NCBI RefSeq assembly: GCF_001447785.1
Contig: NW_015162557.1
Span: 127,886-186,765 of the forward strand
DNA length: 58,880 bases
Reading direction: 5' to 3'
DNA from: Gekko japonicus
Taxonomy: Eukaryota
Below the pieces are notes generated by a model. That model was not told the origin of the DNA and did no database searches. It worked only from the letters and a program-made list of their open reading frames with translations. Numbering within the stretch: the first letter of the stretch is position 1; every line of letters begins with the position of its first letter. Shown here in pieces: positions 1 through 9,995 of the stretch. A program made the position numbers and the translations under genes.

Positions 1-4
1 TTGG

Positions 5-185
5 GTTGTTCAGTCGCACAGTCGAGTCCGACTCTTCGCGACCCCATGGACCAGATCACGCCAGGCCTTCCTGTCTTCCACCGTCCTCTGAAGTTTGCTC
101 AATTTCATGTTTGTTGCATCTATGACACTGTCTAACCATCTCATCCTTTGCTGTCCCCGTCTTCTTTGACCTTCAATCTTTTGGG
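5..185 (-). mobile_element. BovB (RTE LINE) 3' fragment
   Basis: gttcagtcgcacagtcgagtccgactcttcgcgaccccatggac is the reverse complement of a BovB-type 3' end; the same sequence occurs at 43605. Confidence 0.8.
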
Positions 186-615
186 TAGCTCTAGGAATTG
201 TCAGGAACTCTGTGGTCAGAACTTACTGGTAAATAGCTGAGGCCTCGTAGCTTCTTTCTGTTCTTTCCCCCCACGATTGTGCACCCCCCTTTGGCCCCAG
301 CTTCCGCCTGCTGAGCAGCTGAACAATCGTCGGGCCAGGGCTGCAATTCTCCCACCATAAGAAGGCAAGAGGGAATCCTACCCTATAGGGCTTGGATTCT
401 CTCGTTTCCCGGCTCTGACTCACTGTTACTTCAGCTTCACAAATGTTTACTCCTGAAAGAGGAGGAAGGGATCAGAGCAAGCAAGAGACTTAAGATTTTC
501 CTTTTGCCTCTTCCTGTGAATACTTCCAGAGTACGATTAGCTCCTCCATCTGTCACAGAAAGGGCAACGTCCCGTCTAGAGGGCCAAGGAAATGATATCC
601 TTGCATGTCTTCAGT

Positions 616-952
616 CAGGGCTTTTTTGGTAGAAAAAGCCCAGCAGGAACTCATTAGCATAATAGGCCACACCCCTGACAGCACGGCTCATTAGCATATT
701 AGGCCACACCCCCACGCTACCAGAAGTGTGGTCATCCAGCCACACCCACCTATTGCTTCTTATTCTCTTTACCTTGTTTGTTGTCATAACCCTTTTTGCA
801 TGTTAGGCCACACACCCCTAATTGTAGCCAATCCGAATAAGTTCCTGCTGTTGGGTGTGGCCTATTATGCTAATGAGTTCCTGCTGGGCGTGGCCAACTT
901 GGGAGCCAGCCGGAACTCCGTTCCTGTGCGTTCCTGCCCAAAAATAGCCCTG
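616..952 (+). mobile_element. hAT-type MITE (CAGGGCT...AGCCCTG)
   Basis: TIRs; 8-bp TSD tcttcagt; second copy at 37236-37632. Confidence 0.8.
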
Positions 953-1425
953 TCTTCAGTTAATGTGATGTTCTTTGTGGGAACAAAGCAGGGTCCCTCT
1001 TCTTCAGGTTGGGTACTCTTTTTTTTTTTGGGGGGGGTATTTTTAAAATATGTGAGTATGTGTGTCGGGAAGTCATGGCGACCTCTGGTGACTGCCCCTT
1101 GCTGGCGGCCTGGAGGCTATCCGGAGAGGTGGCTGAGTAAAGCCTGCCCCCGCCTCCCTCCTCTGGTATTCCATGGAGGTCTCCCATCCAAGTACTGGCC
1201 AGAGTCGACCCGGCTTAGCTTCCCAGACCTGGCGATAGCCTGGGGTATCCAGGTCAGGGCAAAGTTGGGTACTCTTAAAACGCGCGGCCCAAAAAGTATG
1301 GTCAGGATCCTTCTCAGGGTACAGAACGGTGTTTGTCTTTGTTCGTGGGAATGCCGCCGAAAGGGGCGTGTATAACTTTTTTCCTACTTGGGTTCACGAT
1401 CCTCAAATCCTCTCTCTTTTCTCAG

Positions 1426-4379
1426 TTACTGGGCCCAGCCATCGTCGGACAAGAGACCCAGGTCCAGATCGTCTTCAAAAACCCACTTCCTGTCATGCTG
1501 ACTAGCGTCATCTTCCACATGGAGGGATCCGGGCTCTCCACCCCCAATACCATGACAGTGGGGTGAGTAGTCCCTCCAATGTCTGCCCATCATTGCGAGT
1601 CACAGAATCATAGAATCATAGAGTTGGAAGGGGCCTGACAGACCATCTAGTCCAACCCCCTGCCCAGCGCAGGACCAAATAACGCACCCCCTGTGAGCCA
1701 GTTGGGGCCGAGAGAGCTCTCTCAAGAACTGCCCTTGAGAGAACAGCTCTGAGAGAACTTGGGACTGGCCCAAGGTCACCCCAGCAGCTGCATGTGGAGG
1801 AGTGGGGAATCAAGCCCGGCTTTCCCAGATTAGAGTCCGCGCTCCTAACCACGACGCCAAACCTAATTCCCTGCTGCCCCCCCCCATCCGTTTCCCACCC
1901 AGAACATTGGGTGGGATCCTGAACAGCCTGCCTCCCCTTAAGCCATCAAATGGCATCTCCATCCCCTGCAAGTTATTGCATTTGTGGTCCTCGTTTGCGA
2001 TGCGCGGATCGAAAGGCCTTGCTTCATGGTTGCATTTCCACAGGGAAGGGACGGGCGCACCTGCTTGTGTGGAAAGAGCGGTCAAGTCGCAGCTCATGTA
2101 TGGAGACCCTGTAGGGTTTTCAAGGCAAGAGGTGAACAGGAGGTGGTCTGCCGCTTGCCTGCCTCTGCAGAGCAACCCGGGACTTCATGGGTGGTTTCCC
2201 ATCCAAGGACTAACCAGGGTCGACCCTGCTTAGCTTCCGAGATCTGATGAGATCAGACCAACCTGGCCCATCCAGTTTGGTGTCGTGGTTAAGTAGCGCG
2301 GACTCTAATCTGGGAGAACCGGGTTTGATTCCCCCACTCCTCCACTCGCAGCTGCTGGTGTGACCTTGGGCAAGCCGTAGTTCTGACAAGAGCTGTCCTC
2401 GCAAGGGCAGTCCTCGAAAGAGCTCTCTCAGCCCCACCGACCTCACAGGGTGTCTGTTGTGGGGACGCAGTGTTTCCTCTAAGCTGAGTGAGTGTGAGCT
2501 AGCTCACCGTTTTTTAGCCTCCAGCTCACACATTTTTGTCTTGGCTCGGGAAGGAGGGCTCTAGAGTAAACTAATTTATGCAGTAGCCAAATGGTTCACT
2601 CACAAATTTAATGCCAGTAGCTCGCGAAGTAGAATGTTTGCTCGCAAGACTCCACAGCTTAGAGGGAACATTGGTGGGCAGGGGAAGGGAAAGGAGTTCG
2701 TAAGCCACTCTGAGACTCCTTTGGGTAGTGAAGGGCGGGGTATAAATCCAATCTTCTAATGGGCTAGAGCCCACTTTATGGGATGTACCTTGGTGGTGGA
2801 AAATGCCACTAAATGGCAGTTGATTTAGGGCAGTGATGGTGAACCTTTTAGAGACCGAGTGCCCAAACTGCGACCCAAAACCCACTTATTTATCACAAAA
2901 TGCCAATACGGCCATTTAACCGGAATACTGAGGTTTTACTTTAGAAATAACAACTCATACATTAACTTAAGATGATCCAAACAAAGTAAGGAAAGCCATC
3001 CCAAATGCTTTCGTTTGCTTAACATTATTTGGCAGAGAATTCGACACTTTAATGATGGTCTGAGCCTGGCTGGGGCGATGGCACGCATGCCCACAGAGAG
3101 GGCTCTGAGTGCCACCTCTGGCACCTGAGCCATAGGCACCACCACTGATTTAGGGCAACCCCTCACGGGGTTTTCAAGAGAAGAGAGGAGCAGAGGTGGT
3201 TGGCCGTTGCCTGCCTCTGCGTAGCAACCCTGGACTTCCTTGGTGGTCTCCCATCCAAGTACTAACCAAGGCTGAGCCTGCTTAGCTTCAGAGATCTGAC
3301 GAGATCTGGCTCGGCCGGGCCATCCAGGTCAGGGGGCAGACTTTTGCAGCGAGAATCACAGTCAACACATTGGCAAATATTATATGAATACTACAAGCAT
3401 CGGCATGCGCTTGGTCTCTGTCCAGTGAATACCCCTAACGGGATGTTTAGCCTGGGAAAGAGAAGGCTTAGAGGGGACACGATTTCAGTCTTCAAGTATC
3501 TGAAGGGCTGTCATGTAGAAGATGGAGCAGATCTATTCTCTCTTGCTCCGGATTGGATTGCAAGACTGGATCTAATGGGTGGGAATTACAAGGGAGTCGT
3601 TACCGGCTAAATATCAGGAGAGACTTCCTGACTGTAAGAGTGGTTGAGCAGTGGAACAGACTGCCTCGGGAGGTGGTGGATGCTCCTTCGCTGGACATTT
3701 TCAAGCGGAGGCTGGACGATCATCTTTCGGGTATGTCGTAGGTATGTAGGGCTATCTTTTGGCGATGCTCCTGCAGAGTGCAGGGGGGTTGGACTAGATG
3801 ACCTTCAAGGTCCCTTCCAACTCTAACATTCTATGAGTCTATGATTCCCACAGACCTGGGGTATGAGGGCAGGACTTCACAACTCCAAGCTGACTTCCTT
3901 CCCTGTTCCTTCCTTCCGTCCCTTCTTTTTGGCTCCCCGGTTCTCGAAGGTGTCTGACTCTCTTCCGTTCTCTTAACAGGGATATCGGCCCACACCAGAC
4001 GGTGAAGATGCGCCAGACGTTCACGCCGCTACGCCCGGGCCGTCGCCAGCTGGTTGCCAGCATGGACAGCCCTCAGCTCTCCCAGGTCCACGGAGTGCTG
4101 ACGATGGATGTGGCGCCAGGACCTGCGCGGGGCCCGGGAGGTTCCCCTGCCCCCAATCGGGCTTCCCCTGTCCTTTCCCGAGACTCTCCCGGTAGGCAGC
4201 CCACCAACCGTGGCAGCCCCGCGAACACCCGTGCTTCTCCGGCGCGGGGCTCCCCGGCTCGCCAGCCAGATCCCCGTGGGTCCCCCAATGCCCGCGGGTC
4301 CCCCAACGCCCATGGGTCCCCCAACGCCCGTGGGTCACCAGTTGTTGGCAGAAGAGACCGGACTGGGCGCCCTGTCTGA
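1426..4379 (+). CDS. TGM1: Transglutaminase 1 (keratinocyte TGase), last two coding exons: join(1426..1562,3980..4379); 5' part lies outside the window
   Basis: Exon 1426-1562 (cag|...GG|gtgag) encodes [37 protein letters not shown]. Exon 3980-4379 encodes [39 protein letters not shown]... These closely match the C-terminal beta-barrel of human TGM1 ([11 protein letters not shown]; [17 protein letters not shown]). Synteny with TINF2. Confidence 0.95.
2068..2273 (-). mobile_element. 5S rRNA-derived SINE with RTE-like tail (other copies ~1070-1262, 2793-3336, 24610-24832, 35985-36170, 52975-53637, 54650-54853)
   Basis: Reverse strand reads gatctcatcagatctcggaagctaagcagggtcgaccctggttagtccttggatgggaaacc (5S internal control region), followed by a non-5S body. 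Confidence 0.8.
2272..2757 (+). mobile_element. Squam3-like tRNA-derived SINE interrupted by a 206-bp-family hAT MITE (2468-2673)
   Basis: ccagtttggtgtcgtggttaag...gggtataaatccaatcttc; the family recurs about 18 times in the window. Confidence 0.8.
2831..3147 (+). mobile_element. hAT/Charlie-type non-autonomous element, 317 bp
   Basis: TIR CAGTGATGGTGAACC...CCACCACTG; 8-bp TSD atttaggg; sister copy at 24176-24492. Confidence 0.85.
3439..3847 (+). mobile_element. CR1 LINE 3' fragment
   Basis: Frameshifted ORF2 end ([11 protein letters not shown]...FKYLKGCH; [12 protein letters not shown]) plus CR1 3' UTR ggtcccttccaactct and ATTCTATG-type tail. Confidence 0.9.
4273..4340 (+). repeat. 18-bp coding tandem repeat (RGSPNA)n in TGM1 tail
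   Basis: cccgtgggtcccccaatg-like unit, about 3.8 copies. Confidence 0.85.
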
Positions 4380-4665
4380 GCCAGACTCTAGTAGTTGCTA
4401 TGTACTGTATATCTACAATGCCAGCAGAAGTGGGGGGCAAGAGGGGGGGAAGGGGGGCCACCCGCCTGAGCCACAGAACCACAGCACTGCAGTGGGGGGA
4501 AGGGCGGGGGGGGAAACTGGATTTCCCCGTCCCCGTCCCAGGGTATCTCCTGTGTGCCCACCGAGAAAGACCCCCTACCATCTCCCTTTCTGCCTTATTT
4601 ACATTAGCCCTGAGGTTGCCACCGGCTCGCTATCCCCCAAACACGCTCACATCCCTAATCTCACT

Positions 4666-4780
4666 TGCTGTATGTATTCATCCGCTCACACCACCCAAAG
4701 TAACTGTAATCCACCCTTTGTTTGCTGTATATATTCATCTGCTCGCGCCACCCAACGTCACTGTAATCCACCCTTTCCGT
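4666..4780 (+). repeat. ~57-bp tandem duplication in TGM1 3' UTR
   Basis: tgctgtat(g/a)tattcatc...ctgtaatccaccctt, two copies. Confidence 0.8.
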
Positions 4781-5598
4781 TCCCATAAAGAGCCACCAGT
4801 TCTTCCCAGAGTCCCTTTGCACCCATCCTCCCCTTGTGTTCACTTACCACTTATACCCCCTTCCCTTGCTTGCGCTTTCCTTGCGTCAAAGCATCCGTCC
4901 TGCCCATTTTCTCACCCTCGAGCCTTCAAGGGTCCCCTAAAACGCTGGCTCTGGTTGCACGCCACCCCTTTCCCCAACACGCTCGGTTCTGCACCCCACT
5001 GATACAGGCAGCTCCCCAAGGCCCCCCTGGGTTACTCGCTTTTCCGTTTTGTTCTGAAGCCCTTCCGAGGTGACCGCAAAGAGCCGCTCCTGAGCCCAGC
5101 CCTCCGGGTCTGTCCCAAACAGATCGGCTGGAATTTACCTCCCCTGTACAGGAAACGGGACTGCATAACCTGGCCCTCCCCGACCAGCTTTGGGGAGGTG
5201 AATTTGTATAGGTTAGGATGGGGTTTCTTTCAGGGATCCCCACAAGTAATGCACGCGACGGAAGGAAATGGAGAAAGGATAAGCCGCTGTTAGGGTATAT
5301 TGGCCGGCCGCTGCCGGATCGCCTTTGCTCACGTATTTAAACGCTTGCACTTTCCAAAGAGCCGAGGCCCTTCTTCGACTTGCACTGAAGCTGAGCTATT
5401 AAAGGGGTTATATGGGCAAGGGGGTGGGGGCGAGTGGGAGGTGGGGAACACACCGCACTGTTTGCCAAGCCAGGGGACACCCCTGACGATGTACGAGAAG
5501 AGACCGTTTTTACATTTAAAGGACAAGCAAATGAACAACGCCAAGCCAAACGCTGTGATATGTTTGTTTTTTCATGCAAATGCAGATATTTATTTGAA

Positions 5599-5604
5599 AA
5601 TAAA
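5599..5604 (+). terminator. Candidate TGM1 polyadenylation signal AATAAA
   Basis: First AATAAA seen after the TGM1 stop; U-rich upstream and followed by a GU/U-rich stretch. Confidence 0.55.
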
Positions 5605-5787
5605 TTGTTTTTAACTCAGAACGTGTCCTGTCTCCCTGCTGCGTGGACTTACTTTGTTGCAAGACCTTTGGGCAGCTTTGAGTGTAGAAGCCCAATCAGA
5701 CTGATGAGCAATAGTAACGCCGTTTTGACAGGCTTTGCAAAGTTGCTGGCGGCGGCTGGCCTTTGCCCAGCTTTGTGAACTCCAATA

Positions 5788-6134
5788 AGTAAAAGGTAAA
5801 GGTTTCCCTTGCTCGAAAGCCAGTCGAATCCGACTCTAGGGTGCGGTGCTCATCTCTGTTTCCAAGGCGAAGAACCAGCGCTGTCCGAAGACGTTTCCGT
5901 GGTTATGTGGCCAGCATGACTAAACACCGAGGCGCACAGAACATTGTTACCTTCCCACCCAAGCAGTACCTATTTATATACTTGCAATTTCTTGCTTTCG
6001 AACTGCTAGGTTGGCAGGAGCCGGGGCCAGAGACAGGAGCTCACTCCGTCACGTGGCACTCGGGTCTGGAACTGCTGAAGTACAGACCTTCCGGTTTGCA
6101 GCTCAGCGTCTTAACCGCTGAGCCACCGCAGCCC
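5788..6134 (-). mobile_element. Sauria SINE, full length
   Basis: Typical body (cctgccaacctagcagttcgaaagc), ACCTTT-type tail, 14-bp TSD tgtgaactccaata. Confidence 0.9.
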
Positions 6135-6484
6135 TGTGAACTCCAATACAGTTTTCTAAAACAAGAGACGGGCATTCTTGGAGGGGGGAAAGGTATTGAG
6201 CACAAGAGAACAAAATGATCTGTGTGTTTCAACAAATAAAAAGCTGATCTGCTGACTTGCTAACATGCAAACTAGGCTAGAGACATGCAAGAATAGATTG
6301 AGCCCATGCATAGAAACATGATGAAAACTAAAGCCATTGTTCTGTGGCCACCGCACTGTTTGCATGGTAGGAAGATAAGGGAGAAACACGGAGTTTGTGA
6401 GAGGCCCAAAAATTAGGGTGGAAGAACTGTATGCTTGCTACGTGATGTCCTTATAACTCGCATCAGAGTTATAATGTGCGTGCC

Positions 6485-6920
6485 TGAAAGACCAACAAAG
6501 TTTAATTCTGGGTATAAGCTTTTTGAGTGCATGCACACAGGTATCTGAAGAAATGTGCGTGCACACGAAAAGCTTATACCCAGAATTAAACTTTGTTGGT
6601 CTTTAAAGGTGCTGCTGGACTTGGAACTATCATCTAGTGCTCTGTTAACTATTATGAGACACTACATTTCCCATGAGGCAGTGCAAGTTAATTGTGACAG
6701 TGTGGTGGTGGGGTCTCTCTGGGTATAAGATTTTTGTGCGCACGCACACAGGCATCTGAAGAAGAGTGCGTGCATATGAAATCTTATACGCAGAATTAAA
6801 CTTTGTTGGTCTTAAAGGTGCCGCTGGACTTGAACTGTCATCTAGTGCTCGGTTAACTATTATGAGACACTACATTTCCCATGAGGCAGTGCAAGTTAAT
6901 TGTGGCGGTGGGGTCTCTCC
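6485..6920. mobile_element. Penelope-like inverted pLTR remnant with degenerate minimal hammerhead, followed by a 208-bp tandem duplication
   Basis: aaagaccaacaaagtttaattctgggtataagct pairs with agcttatacccagaattaaactttgttggtcttt; core ggtat-CTGAAGA-...gcacac-GAAA-agctt-atacc at 6540-6580. Confidence 0.65.
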
Positions 6921-7154
6921 CCCAACGGCCTGGTGCTTTTCCTCTTATGTCACTTGGTGCAAGGCTGTGGTTTCACAAACATTTGCTCATCTTAACACTG
7001 TAGTGCTTTTCATCCTTAATTTCACCTTGGAAAATCACAGGCATCTTCTTGGCTCTGCATTCTATAATTATACACCGTGTCACACAGGAAAAAGGAGAGA
7101 GCACAAACTAAAACAGTCAATGTCCCATAAAGACGGTTGCCAACCTCCAGGTGG

Positions 7155-7606
7155 GACTTAATTTGTAAGGAAAAAACAACTGTGATGCGATAACGAAACC
7201 TTGTTAGAGAAAAATATATCATCTTTAATTATCCAGTGAATAACAAATCGTTAAAGGAGTTTTCTTTGAAGTAAATTGGTCTCACGTTTTTCTTTCTGAC
7301 CTACAGCGCTCAATAGACCTTTTCACTCAAGGTTTTCATCAGATGAGACCTTTACACCTTTTGCATTTTTTTCTACTCCCTCTTCCTTTTAGAGGGCAGC
7401 AGGTAGCTGCTTTTCACATAACCAAATGATGTAAGTTAGAAAGGAAGAGACCAATTTACTTCAAAGAAAACACCTTTAACGATTTGTTATTCACTGGATA
7501 ATTAAAGAAGATATATTCTTCTCGTAACAAGGTTTCGTTATCGTATCACGGTTGTTTTTCCTCACTAAGTTCAGCCTGTCCCGTGATCTCTCGTCCTCGA
7601 CTTAAC
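7155..7606. mobile_element. Long inverted-repeat element (~130-bp arms), probably Penelope-like, inserted in a Blackjack-type MITE
   Basis: 7155-7283 is the reverse complement of 7447-7570; ~36 bp of extra sequence on one side only. Confidence 0.6.
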
Positions 7607-7819
7607 CACCAGGTGGGGCCTGGAGGCCTCCCAAAATTACAACTGACCTCCAGAATACAGCGATCAGTTCCCCTGGAGGAAATGGCTGCTTTGGAGGGTG
7701 GACTCTTATGGCATTATAACCTGATGAGGTCCATCCCCAAACCCTGTCCTCCACCCCCTACTCTCCAGGAATTTCCCAACCCAGGGCGGGCAGCCCTCGC
7801 TATGAGGGTCACAAGCTTC

Positions 7820-8540
7820 TTTGAAACATGGAATTCACTGCCACAGTAAGTGGCGACGGCTACAAACATGGACGGCTTCAAGAGGGAACTGGATAAACAT
7901 CTGGAGCAGAGGTCCGTCAGTGGCTATTAGCCACAAGGTATTGAAAGGAATTCTCGGTCTGTGGCAAGGGATGCTCTGTCTTCTTGGTGCTGGGGGGGGG
8001 GGCAACAGTGGGAGGGCTTCTGGAGTCTTGGCCCCACTGGTGGACCTCCTGACGGCACCTGGTATTTCTGGCCACTGTGTGACACAGAGTGTTGGACTGG
8101 ATGGGCCACTGGCCTGATCCAACATGGGCTTCTCTTATGCTCTTATGTTCTAGTGTCCTGGCCCCACTGCTGGACCTCCTCATGGCACCTGCTATTTTGG
8201 GGCACTGTGTGACATAGAGTGTTGGACTGGATGGGCCACTGGCCTGATCCAACACTGGCTTCTCTGATGTTCTTATAAGAGGGAATTGGATAAGCATATG
8301 GAGCAGAGGTCCATCAGTGGCTCTTAGCCACAAGGTATAGATAGGAACTCTCGGTCTGGAGCAAGGGATGCTCTGTATCCTTGGTGCTTGGGGGGGGGGG
8401 AGCAACAATGGGAGGGGCTTCTAGTGTCCTGGCCCCACTGGTGGACCTCCTGATGGCACCTGGGATTTTTGACCCAGAGTGTTGGACTGGATGGGCCACC
8501 ATTGGTCTGATCCAACATTGGCTTCTCTTATGTCCTTATG
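7820..8540 (+). mobile_element. CR1-clade LINE 3' ends, three tandem copies
   Basis: gagtgttggactggatgggccac...gatccaaca..ggcttctct..tg..cttat occurs three times. Confidence 0.7.
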
Positions 8541-8599
8541 AAATCAACACGTGGTCCGGAGGCAGCTGAGCTACCTCCCTATTTAGGTTTTCCCTTAAA

Positions 8600-9070
8600 A
8601 GCAGCAGCAGCCGCGTTCTCTTGTTCACACGCTTCCAGTATTCCGCGCATGCTCTCAAACGCTCCCTCAATGACATTCCCCAAGAAGCCTGCGGGGGTTC
8701 CGTCTCCCGCGCGGCGCCCCTGCTGGGTGCAGTTCCCACATTGGCCATCAGAGGCCGCTGCCCCTCTTCTTTAAGACGGAACGCTGTGGACGGAAGTGCC
8801 GGAGCGCGCGATGACGTCACGCGCATCCCCATAGCAACTCCCCGGAAGCTCGGTCGTAAATAAAATAAACTGCCTGAGGCGCCGGGTCTAGTCTCGGCCC
8901 GGTGAAAGCCGAAGCGCCGTTCCCCTCCCGTCCTTAAAGCCCGAGAGGGAAGCGACGAAGAGGAGGCGAGGGCGAGCGTCCGCTCCGGAAGTGACGTCGC
9001 AAAACTAGAGCGAGCGTGTGTTCTCCAGGAACGGTTGCCGGTAGCAACGGGTACGGTTGCCACCTCCAGG
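8600..9070 (+). promoter_or_regulatory. TINF2: TINF2 CpG-island promoter and probable non-coding first exon
   Basis: CpG-rich. ETS CGGAAGTG at 8791, CRE TGACGTCA 8812-8819, ETS-CRE CGGAAGTGACGTCGCA 8986-9001, RFX X-box GTTGCCGGTAGCAAC 9034-9048. Candidate donors at 9051 (gtacgg) and 9070 (gtaaat). Confidence 0.75.
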
Positions 9071-9617
9071 TAAATAATTTCCTGGAGGTTTGGGAGGGGG
9101 TGGAATCTGGGGAGGGCGGGAGGACCACAGGAAGGTGTCTCAAGCCGTAGACTCCACCCTTCAGGGCAGCCCCTTTCTCTGGGGGACCTGAACTCCGTAA
9201 GGCTGGAGATCATTTGCAATTCCGGGAGATCTCCCGTCCCCACCTGGAGGTGACCCAAAACGAAGAAAACACCGTGTACAAAAATCCAAAGGAGGCCAGT
9301 AAAATGATTTTGATAGACTATAAAGAACTAGTGTAATAGATATCTTTTATATTTTAAATAGAATAATTGTAATAATAAGCAATATGCAAATGTAGTCAAA
9401 ATATATATATAAAGAATTAGTATAATAGATATTTTTTATATTTTAAATAGAATAATTGCTATAATAAGCAATAGGCAAATGTAGTCAAAATATATTTAGC
9501 ATATGAAAAACAAACTCGCAAGTTCTGATGCACCATAAAGTTCATGCATAAACCATGGAGAGGGGCTCATACAACGTGCAGGAGGAGGGTAGCTCTGCTG
9601 GGGAAAGGGGTGAAGAC

Positions 9618-9827
9618 CAGTGTTCCCTCTAAGCTGAGTTAGTGTGGGCTAGATCACCGTTTTTTAGCCTCCAGCTCACACATTTTTGTCGTGGCTCAGG
9701 AAGGGATGGCTCCAGAGCAAGCTAAGTTACGCAGCAGCCAAATCACTCAATCACAACTTTAATGCCAGTAGTAGCTCACAGAGTAGAACTTTTGTTCACA
9801 AGACTCCACAGCTTAGAGGGAGCCTTG
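9618..9827 (+). mobile_element. ~206-bp hAT MITE (CAGTGTTCCCTCTAAGCTG...CAGCTTAGAGGGAACATTG). Other copies: 2468, 10518, 13596, 15105, 17142, 17341, 22462, 23964, 33316, 33506, 39065, 41986, 54288, 54904, 55118
   Basis: 19-bp TIRs; 8-bp TSDs (catacaaa at 13596, cctgtgag at 41986, gatgtaac at 54904). Confidence 0.9.
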
Positions 9828-9995
9828 GTGAAGGCTAAGGCTAGATGGAGTCGAAGGGGCGGGGCCTGGTTGGGAAGGTGGGGCTTGGTGGGCCGAGGCT
9901 TGGGAGCACGAGGGAAACGATGTGTTGAATGAGGGAGAGCAGAAAACAGCTGTGCTTGCCGGCCCTAACCACCACTCTTTGTCTCCCTTCAGGTG

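Noticed and set aside
2170-2273. 5S rRNA genes
   Set aside because: Only the internal control region matches; the ends diverge and are fused to a dispersed SINE body.
7020-7130. U6-type Pol III promoter (ZNF143 sites, TCACCTTG PSE-like element, TATA)
   Set aside because: Poor PSE match, spacing off by several bases, and no recognisable small RNA downstream.
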